Both the position numbers and the translations under genes were made by a program. A DNA stretch of 44,237 nt from Steroidobacteraceae bacterium (GTDB taxonomy: Bacteria > Pseudomonadota > Gammaproteobacteria > Steroidobacterales > Steroidobacteraceae), in NCBI GenBank assembly GCA_049521875.1, contig JBEKOK010000011.1:1-44237 (forward strand), in the 5' to 3' direction. How positions within the stretch are numbered: position 1 is the stretch's first letter; every line of letters begins with the position of its first letter. Of the stretch, positions 36,715-44,237 are shown in pieces. The notes under the pieces are model-generated. The model was not told the origin of the DNA and searched no databases. It saw only the letters and a program-made list of their open reading frames with translations.

Positions 36715-38601
36715 ATGAATGCCGATCTGAAGTCGTTGTCTCCCCGCACGCCGCCGCTCGGGTGGGCGGCGCTGTCAGCCCTAGGGGTCGTGTTCGGGGA
36801 TCTTGGGACCAGTCCGCTCTATACCTTGCAGACTGTGGTCCAGGCCACTGGCGGTCGCTTTACCCCGGCGAGCGCGCTCGGTGTGCTGTCGCTGATAGTT
36901 TGGACATTGCTGATCACGATTTCGATCAAGTATTGCCTGTTCGTGATGCGTGCGGACAATAACGGCGAAGGCGGAATTCTTGCGCTGATGTCGTTGGTAG
37001 GCGCGAACTCATTTAAGAAGGGCACAAAGGTGCTCGCATGCATGGGCCTGCTCGGCGCCGCGCTGATCTACGGGGATGGTGCCATCACCCCCGCAATCTC
37101 GGTACTGAGTGCGCTCGAGGGCGTGAACGCTGTGACGCCGTCTCTCAAAGCCTTTGTGCTGCCGGCGGCGCTGCTGATCCTGGTGTCTCTGTTCGCGGTA
37201 CAGCAGTTGGGTACAGACCGCATTGGCCGGGCCTTTGGACCGATTATGCTCATCTGGTTCGTCGTAATCGCCGTGATGGGCGTCTGCGGCATCACGCAGC
37301 ATCCGCGCGTGCTCGTGGCGATCAATCCGATGTATGCGATTTCTTACCTCACAGACAGCGGTGCAGTCGGGTGGCTCGTGCTGGGCGGAGTGTTCCTGTG
37401 CATCACCGGCGGGGAAGCCTTGTATGCCGACATGGGTCACTTCGGGAAGCAGCCGATCCGTTGGTCCTGGTTTCTAATCGTGCTTCCGGCGCTGCTGGCC
37501 AGCTATGCGGGTCAGACCGGTCTGATGCTCAGCGGCGGGGCGCTGCAAGGCAATCCCTTCTTTCAATTGGCGCCGACCTGGGCGATCTACCCTTTGGTCG
37601 TCCTAGCCACGATAGCGACCATCATCGCCAGCCAGTCGATTATCACCGGTGCGTTCTCCATGACTCGCCAGGCGATGCAGCTTGGATGGCTGCCAGCGGT
37701 CGCCATTCGCCAGACCTCTGACAAAGTCTATGGGCAAATCTACGTGCCGGCAGTCAATTGGCTCATGATGATTGCCACCGTTGCGATCACGTTTGGCTTT
37801 GGTAGCTCCGATCGCCTGGCGGGAGCCTATGGCACGGCAGTTTCGACCACAATGATGTTGACGACCGGCCTGCTCTACATGGCGATGCGCAGGGTCTGGG
37901 GTTGGTCCGGTTCGCTCGCTGCACTCGTCGGCGGTCTGTTTCTTATCGTGGACATGGCGTTCTTTGGCGCCAATCTACTGAAGATCGCCGATGGTGGCTG
38001 GCTTCCCTTGTCTCTCGGTTTACTGCTCTTCGCGCTGATGCTGATCTGGCGCTCAGGCATCGAGGCGGTGCGCAGGAGTCTGTCGCAAGCCGCACTGTCC
38101 ACGGAGCAATTCGCCGCGGAGCTGGAGGCCAATCATATTCCTCGCGTGCCGGGGACTGCCGTATTCCTGACGCGAGCGTCGCAGAGTGTGCCGCCACTGC
38201 TCGTAGACCACGTGCGCCACATGGGCGCGCTGTACCGGAGCGTTATCGCCCTGCACGTTGTATTTGAGGAAACTCCGCGGGCCGCCCCGGAGGAGCGGAC
38301 TGACGTGAGTCTCATTGCCGAGGGTATTTGGCAAATCACGATGCACTTTGGTTTTGTCGAGATTCCAGATCTGAGCGCTGCATTGAAGCGGATTCACGGA
38401 TTGGATCCGTCAATTGATCTGGATCACGCTTTGTATTTTGGCAGCCGCGACCTGGTAGTGCCAAAAAAAGGCAGCGCCCTGCTTTCGCGCGCAAGGTTGC
38501 AGTTATTTGCGTTCTTGTACCGCAACGCCGTCAAGGTTGTCGATAGATTTAATCTGCCATTGGATCGGGTGATTGAGATTGCCCGACTGATTGCGGTCTG
38601 A
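36715..38601 (+). CDS. kup: KUP/HAK/KT-family potassium transporter
   Basis: 628-aa ORF with LGVVFGDLGTSPLYT, ADNNGEGGILALMSL, GGEALYADMGHFG and a C-terminal cytoplasmic domain. Confidence 0.93.
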   Translation: MNADLKSLSPRTPPLGWAALSALGVVFGDLGTSPLYTLQTVVQATGGRFTPASALGVLSLIVWTLLITISIKYCLFVMRADNNGEGGILALMSLVGANSFKKGTKVLACMGLLGAALIYGDGAITPAISVLSALEGVNAVTPSLKAFVLPAALLILVSLFAVQQLGTDRIGRAFGPIMLIWFVVIAVMGVCGITQHPRVLVAINPMYAISYLTDSGAVGWLVLGGVFLCITGGEALYADMGHFGKQPIRWSWFLIVLPALLASYAGQTGLMLSGGALQGNPFFQLAPTWAIYPLVVLATIATIIASQSIITGAFSMTRQAMQLGWLPAVAIRQTSDKVYGQIYVPAVNWLMMIATVAITFGFGSSDRLAGAYGTAVSTTMMLTTGLLYMAMRRVWGWSGSLAALVGGLFLIVDMAFFGANLLKIADGGWLPLSLGLLLFALMLIWRSGIEAVRRSLSQAALSTEQFAAELEANHIPRVPGTAVFLTRASQSVPPLLVDHVRHMGALYRSVIALHVVFEETPRAAPEERTDVSLIAEGIWQITMHFGFVEIPDLSAALKRIHGLDPSIDLDHALYFGSRDLVVPKKGSALLSRARLQLFAFLYRNAVKVVDRFNLPLDRVIEIARLIAV

Positions 38602-38675
38602 CGATTCGACAGTGCAGCCGCGGGGACGGTGCGGCGGAGTGATGAACCACCAACGAAGCGCAAAGGAAAATTCTG

Positions 38676-40199
38676 GTGACTCATAGCGATGTCTTGATCG
38701 TCGGCGCGGGCCCTACCGGACTGGTGCTGGCCCTCTGGCTCATCAAGCAGGGTGTCAGCATCCGTATTGTCGACAAGGCGGCAGGGCCAGGCACGACCTC
38801 ACGCGCCCTTGCCGTCCAGGCGCGTACGCTGGAGCTGTACCGCCAGCTTGACCTGACCGACGAGGTCTTGCGGCAGGGGCACAGGGTCCCGGCCATCAAC
38901 CTCTGGGTCAAGGGCAAGAGCGAGGCCCGGATATCGTTCGAGACGATCACCGAAGGCCTGACACCCTACGGCCCATTTGTATATCCGCAGGACCAGCATG
39001 AGCGCCTCTTGGTTGAACGTGTGGAGGCACTCGGCACCGCGGTGGAACGCAATACAGAACTCTTAGGCTTCAGTGAGACTGGCGATCATGTCGTCGCGAC
39101 CCTGCGCAATCAGCGCGGAGAAACCGAGACCTGCGAAGCAAAGTTCCTGGCTGGCTGCGACGGCGCGCGCTCGGTCGCGCGGACGACTTTGGGAATTGGG
39201 TTCTCCGGTGGTACCTACGAGCAGCTCTTTTACGTCGCAGACGTCGAGGCTACCGGGCCAGCAATGGACGGGGAGCTGCACGTTGATCTCGACGAGGCCG
39301 ATTTCCTCATGATATTTCCATTGAAGGGCCACGGCCGAGCGCGGCTCGTTGGGACGGTGCGAGGCGAGCGGGCCGCCAATGCAGAAGGCCTAAAATTTGA
39401 GGATGTCAGCGACCGCGCTCGCGGGCACATGAAAGTGGATGTTAAAAAGGTCAACTGGTTCTCGACCTATCATGTGCATCATCGTGTCGCAGAGCACTTT
39501 CGCAAGGGCCGTACCTTCCTGCTGGGCGACGCGGCGCACATTCACAGTCCCGCGGGAGGTCAGGGCATGAACACCGGTATTGGTGACGCGATCAATCTGG
39601 CATGGAAGCTGAAGGCCGCACTGACCGGACATGCCGCGGACAGCCTTCTTGACACGTATGAGATTGAGCGGCGGGCCTTTGCGCGGAAGCTCGTAGCAAC
39701 TACCGACAAGGGATTCACAATCGCCACCGCGCAGGGGCACGTAGCAGATTTTTTCCGAACCCGCATCGTGCCCGTCCTCGCGCCCGCACTCTTCAAGTTC
39801 GAGAAAGCGCGGGAATACATGTTCAGTGCAGTATCCCAGATCGCGATTAGCTACCGGGACAGCCCGATCAGTGAGGGCAAAGCCGGCGAGGTCAAAGGCG
39901 GCGACCGTCTGCCATGGGCGCCGACACCCCTAATTGATAATTTCGACTCGCTGCGGACAATCGAATGGCAGCTTCATGTCTATGGAACTGCCAGCGCAGA
40001 ACTCACGAATTGGAGCAAGTCCAACCATGTCGCCCTTCACGCCTTTGCGTGGCATGCGGACTATGCGAAGGCGGGGCTGGCAAGGGATGGCATGTATCTG
40101 GTTCGGCCCGATATGTACGTTGCGCTCGCGGCCGAAAAGCAGGATCCCGCCTTTCTGGCGCAATACTTCAGCGAGCACGAAATTTCTTTGCGTTCTTGA
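38676..40199 (+). CDS. FAD-dependent aromatic-ring monooxygenase (PheA/TfdB-type hydroxylase family)
   Basis: 507-aa ORF with a GTG start preceded by AAAGGAAA. Motifs: DVLIVGAGPTGLVLA (GxGxxG), CDGARS and GDAAHIHSPAGGQGMNTGIGDAINLAWKL. It has a thioredoxin-like C-terminal domain. Confidence 0.85.
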   Translation: MTHSDVLIVGAGPTGLVLALWLIKQGVSIRIVDKAAGPGTTSRALAVQARTLELYRQLDLTDEVLRQGHRVPAINLWVKGKSEARISFETITEGLTPYGPFVYPQDQHERLLVERVEALGTAVERNTELLGFSETGDHVVATLRNQRGETETCEAKFLAGCDGARSVARTTLGIGFSGGTYEQLFYVADVEATGPAMDGELHVDLDEADFLMIFPLKGHGRARLVGTVRGERAANAEGLKFEDVSDRARGHMKVDVKKVNWFSTYHVHHRVAEHFRKGRTFLLGDAAHIHSPAGGQGMNTGIGDAINLAWKLKAALTGHAADSLLDTYEIERRAFARKLVATTDKGFTIATAQGHVADFFRTRIVPVLAPALFKFEKAREYMFSAVSQIAISYRDSPISEGKAGEVKGGDRLPWAPTPLIDNFDSLRTIEWQLHVYGTASAELTNWSKSNHVALHAFAWHADYAKAGLARDGMYLVRPDMYVALAAEKQDPAFLAQYFSEHEISLRS

Positions 40200-40201
40200 G
40201 T

Positions 40202-40561
40202 CTACATCGGGCCCAGCGGTCTAACTTCCATCACCTGGATCGAAGACTGCGGAATCGTCAGATGTGGGTGACTGGCGAAGGCCTGCGCCGCGACATCCTG
40301 GCTCTCCGCCTCTACGAACGAGTACAACAGGATGTCATTGCGGGCGTCCGCGACGCTGCCTGAGGTAACCGCCTTGGTCTTTCCAGCCGCCTCCGTAATC
40401 GAGAACATTTTCGCGTGTTCGCCCATCCAGCGCTGCCAGTCGCCTTGCATCTTCTGTTCGGCGTCTTTTCGTACAGCGGGATCGGTCTTGGCCCAGTTCG
40501 CCATGACGTCCGGCGGTACCAGATAAAGAACCATGAATTTCTTCAGCGTTGAGGTAGCCAT
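40202..40561 (-). CDS. Hypothetical protein (119 aa, soluble)
   Basis: Clean ORF, MATSTLKKFMVLYLVPPDVMANWAKTDP...NDILLYSFVEAESQDVAAQAFASHPHL. Its coding-like composition matches its neighbours. I do not recognise the family with confidence. It is convergent with the monooxygenase gene, with 2 nt between the stop codons. Confidence 0.55.
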   Translation of the reverse strand: MATSTLKKFMVLYLVPPDVMANWAKTDPAVRKDAEQKMQGDWQRWMGEHAKMFSITEAAGKTKAVTSGSVADARNDILLYSFVEAESQDVAAQAFASHPHLTIPQSSIQVMEVRPLGPM

Positions 40562-40924
40562 AAATTCGCCTTCAGTTCAGCTTCGTGTGGGTCCGGATGA
40601 TCGTGACGAAACGCGGACCTGGGAAGATTAAGAAGCGCCGATAGTATTCTCAGACATACCGCCGCGGCAATGAGTGCGATCCGGCCGGCCGCTACGACTG
40701 TCCGGGGGCCACGGCCGAGATTGGTCGGCGCGGTCGCTTAAAGCTATTTGGCTGTCGTCAATGGCGCGTCGCGGCGCGATCAGCGGGTGTGACGCATTCT
40801 CCCATCGGCGGTTTTTCGATTCGATCGGCAAGCCGATTCGTATCCAACTCACGCTGTACTGGTACTTCGCTAAGCACCGCCGACATGGGATCTCTTGCTC
40901 GTCACACCCGCGACCGCGTAGACG

Positions 40925-41296
40925 CTAGGTCCGCCGGGCGTAGTTACTGGCGCCGAACCAGTCGACTACCACCACGGGTTCGTCGCCTACTACCCAGGCA
41001 TCGTGACCCTTGGGAAGCGAGGTGATATCTCCTGGACCCGCGATAAACTCCGTCCCGTCATCCATGCGGATGCCAAGCTTGCCGGAAACGTGATACTGAA
41101 AATGCGGTGCCTCGCAGCTTTCGGTCTTGGCCAGTGGTTTGACGTCGTTGGACCAGCGCCATCCCGGCTTGAACACCAGACGACCGACTTCGGCGCCGCC
41201 GACCCTGAGAATCTCGGCCTTGCCGTTCGGAAAGTCGCGAACTTCTTCGGGTCGCGTAAATGACTTATGCTCTGTTTTCTGCTCATGACTGTGCAT
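40925..41296 (-). CDS. Cupin-domain protein
   Basis: The ATG at 41296 is preceded by GGAGA and gives 123 aa: MHSHEQKTEHKSFTRPEEVRDFPNGKAEILRVGG...HFQYHVSGKLGIRMDDGTEFIAGPGDITSLPKGHDAWVVGDEP. This matches the single-cupin beta-barrel pattern. The track ORF extends to 41395. Confidence 0.75.
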   Translation of the reverse strand: MHSHEQKTEHKSFTRPEEVRDFPNGKAEILRVGGAEVGRLVFKPGWRWSNDVKPLAKTESCEAPHFQYHVSGKLGIRMDDGTEFIAGPGDITSLPKGHDAWVVGDEPVVVVDWFGASNYARRT

Positions 41297-41412
41297 GGCT
41301 ATCTCCTTCGTGATGGGAAATGAGACTGTTGAATGAGCCGAATGCGGTGTGGAACGGTGCTCCCTCCAAATGCAATCGCCGCCCCGTTGCCCCAACCCCG
41401 CAGGCGTGGTAG

Positions 41413-41432
41413 TTTACTTACTAGTAGGTAAA
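41413..41432. promoter_or_regulatory. Putative TetR operator (20-bp imperfect palindrome)
   Basis: TTTACTTACTAGTAGGTAAA has 9 of its 10 base-pair positions complementary around a central CTAG. It lies in the 148-bp cupin/TetR divergent intergenic region, 13 nt upstream of the TetR ATG. Confidence 0.5.
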
Positions 41433-41444
41433 TAGCAAGTGGTT

Positions 41445-42119
41445 ATGCCCGTCCCATCAACACGGAATCCGCTGGCGCTCCGGGCTGCAGCGCCCACGGC
41501 GGCGGCCACCGCCATTCTCGATGTCGCCGAGCAGCTCGCGCAGACTCGAGGCTATAACGGCTTCAGCTACGCAGACATTGCGCTGAAGCTTGGGGTTACG
41601 AAGGCGAGCCTTCATTATCACTTTGCCTCCAAAGCGGAGCTGGGCCGGGCGCTGATCGAGCGCTATCGGGGCCTGTTTGGCGCGGCACTGAATGCCATCG
41701 ACCAGCAGACCCATGATTCTCGCGAGAAATTGCGACGATACGTCGAGCTCTACAATTCCGTGATGAGCAATGAGCGTATGTGTCTGTGTGGCATGCTCGC
41801 GGCGGAATACGCGACACTTCCTGAGCCCATGCAAGAAGGACTGAAGCTGTTCTTTGATGCCAATGAACGCTGGCTGACTGGCGTGCTTGATGAGGGGCGA
41901 CAATCTGGCGCGCTTCAATTCAAGGAATCGGCTACTGAGCGGGCGCGCGTTTTGGTCGGAGCGCTTGAGGGTGCGATGCTGGTGGCACGTTCCTACGGCG
42001 ATGCAGTTCGCTTTAAATCGGCTGCGGCCTATGTGCTGGCGGATTTGATTGCGGATGGCAAGTCGCCGCCCCGCCAGAAGTTGCGAAGGAACGCCGCGAA
42101 GATTCCAAAACGCGGCTAG
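41445..42119 (+). CDS. TetR/AcrR-family transcriptional regulator
   Basis: The N-terminal HTH reads ILDVAEQLAQTRGYNGFSYADIALKLGVTKASLHYHFASKAELG. The start is the ATG at 41445 or the GTG at 41439. Confidence 0.88.
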   Translation: MPVPSTRNPLALRAAAPTAAATAILDVAEQLAQTRGYNGFSYADIALKLGVTKASLHYHFASKAELGRALIERYRGLFGAALNAIDQQTHDSREKLRRYVELYNSVMSNERMCLCGMLAAEYATLPEPMQEGLKLFFDANERWLTGVLDEGRQSGALQFKESATERARVLVGALEGAMLVARSYGDAVRFKSAAAYVLADLIADGKSPPRQKLRRNAAKIPKRG

Positions 42120-42350
42120 CGTCAAGCATGTTGGCGCGCGGTTACTGCGTTTCACCCCAGTAATGACGGCGTGCGGATAGTACTTCAGCGCGGGTGACAC
42201 GGGGTCTCGCGGGCACTGGTTGGACGATTCTGTCACCGCCTGAACCCGTGTCCGAGCCCTGCTCCCTCGGAAGGCTACTTTGAGCGCTGTCAGTCGTGCA
42301 CAATGCGGCGGGCGAGCCGTCGAGGTGGCCGCCTTCCGCCAGGACCCCAC

Positions 42351-44237
42351 TTGTCAGCGATTCCAAATACTAAGGAGCCTGGGCACGAAATTCTAGCCGG
42401 GGCCGACGCGCTACCGGAAGACCCCACGCAGGAACAAAGGGATCGGCACTGGTACACGCATGTCTACCAGGGCGATCAGATGCCGCAGCTGACCTTCCGC
42501 GCGGTGGCGATGGGCGCGGTGCTGGGCATGTTGATGTCCGTCTCCAATCTGTACACCGTTCTAAAGCTCGGCTGGACCTTCGGCGTTGCCATTACTTCCT
42601 GCGTGCTCTCTTACCTGATCTGGAACGGCTTGCGCTCGATTTCACGTGGCCGCCTCTCCCCGATGTCGATACTCGAGAACAACTGCATGCAGGCGACGGC
42701 ATCCTCAGCAGGTGTGGCAACCGTCGGCACCGTCGGCGCGATGTTTGGCGGATTGCTGATCCTCGACCCGCTGCACCGGCATTACCCCTGGTATGTGATT
42801 GGCGCCTTTTCGCTTACCACCGGTGCACTGGGCGTGTTGCTGGCCGTACCGATGAAGCGGCAGATGATCAATCGCGAGCAGCTGCCATTTCCCTCCGGTA
42901 CGGCTGCCGCAACGACGCTCCGGGGGCTGCACGAACACGGGGGCGAGGCGGCCCGCAAAGCGCGTGCCCTGGTGATTTCGCTGTTCATCGGTGCCGTCGT
43001 CGGCATCCTGAACACAGCCGCCGACCAGTTCGTGATGCTCGGGCGCTTTTTCAGCTGGATGAGACAGCGGCTGTTCAATATCCATCTACCCGATCTGATT
43101 CCGGCGCAAGGCTTCGGGCTGCTGGATGGAAAGCCGATGGTCGCATTTGGCTTCGAGCCAAGCGCGCTGCTGATCGCCGCAGGCATGATGGTGGGTCTGC
43201 GTGTCTCGCTGTCCATTTTTGGCTCCTCAGCCGCACTATATTTTTTCATCGCACCGTGGCTGCAATCACTGGACGCCGCCAATGCCGGTGTGGCCGGTTA
43301 CATCTCATCGATTCCGCTGGTGGGCGGCGGGACGCTGTTTCACCCGGTGCGCTGGGCCTTATGGGGCGGATCGTCGACGATGGTATTCGCGGGTCTGACT
43401 GCGCTCGCCTTTGAGTGGCGCATCATCGGGCGCGCGTTTCAATCGCTGCGGCGCCGACCCGGCCCGGCCGCTGATACGAATGACATTGAGCAGCGCATGG
43501 CGGCGATCGAAATCCCCAATCGCTGGCTCCTGATCGGCCTGGTGCCGATTGCGCTTGCATTGATGGCGCTGCAGGTCATTGCCTTCAATATCCACTGGTG
43601 GGCGGGGCTGATCGCCGTTGGCATGTCTTTTGTGCTGGCAATTGTCGCCTGCCGCGCCGTGGGAGAGACCGACACCAATCCGCTGGGCGCGATGGGCAAG
43701 GTAATGCAGCTGGTTTTCGCAGTGATTTCGCCCGGAAACGCCACGCATAACCTGGTCTCAGCCGGCATCGGCGCCAACGCGGCCTCCGGGTCTGCCGATC
43801 TGCTGCAGGATCTGAAGAGCGGCTATCTGCTCGGGGCCAATCCGCGCCGCCAGTTCCTGGCGCAAATGATTGGCGTGTTCTTTGGAGCGATAGCGATTGT
43901 GCCGGCCTGGTACCTGATGATTCCCAATGTCGCGGCACTGGAGAAGTATCCGCTGCCAGCCACTCAGGTCTGGGTGGCCGTGGCGCGGATACTCTCGGCT
44001 GGCATCGACAACCTGCCGATGTCAGCCCGCATCGCGATCCTCGCTGGCGCCTTGATAGGAACCGGAATCACGGTGCTTGAACGGCTGTTTCCAAAGGCGC
44101 GCCCCTGGCTGCCCTCGCCGATCGGTCTGGGTCTGGGCTGGGTCGTGTTTTTCAGCAATGCGCTGTCATTTGCCATTGGCGCGCTGCTGGCGCGGCTATG
44201 GATGCGCGTGCATCGCGTGAGCCACGAAGCGCTCTTG
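42351..44237 (+). CDS. OPT-family oligopeptide transporter, partial. The 3' end runs off the window.
   Basis: Absent from the ORF track because there is no stop codon in the window. The frame is open from 42198 to the window end. Translation: ...PEDPTQEQRDRHWYTHVYQGDQMPQLTFRAVAMGAVLGMLMSVSNLYTVLKLGWTFGVAITS...PFPSGTAAATTL...GETDTNPLGAMGKVMQL...LLQDLKSGYLLGANPRRQF. These are typical OPT motifs. The start is uncertain: TTG at 42351 (AGGA lies 6 nt upstream) or ATG at 42303. Confidence 0.8.
   Translation, partial: MSAIPNTKEPGHEILAGADALPEDPTQEQRDRHWYTHVYQGDQMPQLTFRAVAMGAVLGMLMSVSNLYTVLKLGWTFGVAITSCVLSYLIWNGLRSISRGRLSPMSILENNCMQATASSAGVATVGTVGAMFGGLLILDPLHRHYPWYVIGAFSLTTGALGVLLAVPMKRQMINREQLPFPSGTAAATTLRGLHEHGGEAARKARALVISLFIGAVVGILNTAADQFVMLGRFFSWMRQRLFNIHLPDLIPAQGFGLLDGKPMVAFGFEPSALLIAAGMMVGLRVSLSIFGSSAALYFFIAPWLQSLDAANAGVAGYISSIPLVGGGTLFHPVRWALWGGSSTMVFAGLTALAFEWRIIGRAFQSLRRRPGPAADTNDIEQRMAAIEIPNRWLLIGLVPIALALMALQVIAFNIHWWAGLIAVGMSFVLAIVACRAVGETDTNPLGAMGKVMQLVFAVISPGNATHNLVSAGIGANAASGSADLLQDLKSGYLLGANPRRQFLAQMIGVFFGAIAIVPAWYLMIPNVAALEKYPLPATQVWVAVARILSAGIDNLPMSARIAILAGALIGTGITVLERLFPKARPWLPSPIGLGLGWVVFFSNALSFAIGALLARLWMRVHRVSHEALL

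Noticed and set aside
41457-42366. 297-aa and 74-aa minus-strand ORFs overlapping the TetR gene and the TetR-OPT spacer
   Set aside because: They are antisense to a clear TetR HTH protein, with no motifs and Arg/Pro/Ala-rich composition.
42371-42377. Strong Shine-Dalgarno-like TAAGGAG upstream of the conserved OPT N-terminus
   Set aside because: No ATG, GTG or TTG lies 5-10 nt downstream in the OPT frame. The nearest in-frame candidate is an ATT 12 nt away. I therefore did not use it to set the start, and the OPT start remains uncertain (42351 or 42303).
1-44237. Search for CRISPR arrays, tRNA/rRNA genes, IS elements, REP-type intergenic repeats, toxin-antitoxin pairs and known defence genes
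   Set aside because: Reading the intergenic regions and the ORF track showed no spaced direct repeats, no tRNA-like GGTTCGA T-arm contexts, no transposase or integrase motifs and no small paired ORFs of TA type. A visual scan of 44 kb cannot exclude short or degenerate elements.

Overview
This is a 44.2-kb chromosomal segment with very high G+C, and its gene order looks gammaproteobacterial. All calls come from reading the six-frame translations and the DNA by eye. No homology search, HMM or folding program was run.

Gene content, left to right:
1. rdgB (partial), rph and a PP2C phosphatase on the minus strand, divergent from yicC.
2. A decayed ORF6N (KilA-N-like) pseudogene and a DEAD-box helicase gene. 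Together they interrupt the usual yicC/gmk neighbourhood.
3. gmk-rpoZ-spoT-ridA-recG-ubiA.
4. A YcaQ-family gene, then an ArsR regulator divergent from a NIPSNAP + ABM pair.
5. A translationally coupled bioBFHCD operon preceded by a BirA-type inverted repeat.
6. A complete aa3-type cytochrome c oxidase structural and assembly cluster: DUF2244, coxB, ctaD, a small assembly protein, ctaG, ctaE, then DUF2909, SURF1, an SCO-like CxxxC protein, ctaA and ctaB. It is split by a 3.4-kb insert encoding an unknown membrane protein, an ArnT-like GT39 glycosyltransferase and an EamA permease.
7. DUF3293, then a four-gene cluster with carnitine/betaine-CoA flavour: BKACE, a hotdog thioesterase, an NDP-forming acyl-CoA synthetase and a CaiD-like hydratase.
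8. A visibly lower-G+C right arm from about 36 kb to the window end: a lipoprotein, kup, an FAD monooxygenase, a hypothetical protein, a cupin, a TetR regulator and a partial OPT transporter.

I found no rRNA, tRNA, CRISPR array, IS element, integrase or recognisable defence or toxin-antitoxin system, and I cannot point to a clear-cut novel system.

The most unusual items:
- the GT39/EamA module chained to the oxidase-assembly genes;
- the hybrid carnitine-type cluster;
- the SCO-like CxxxC protein in a cluster that lacks a canonical SCO/SenC;
- three independent gene lesions: the ORF6N pseudogene, a roughly 36-aa in-frame gap in the helicase core, and a 1-nt frameshift at codon 7 of the BKACE gene.
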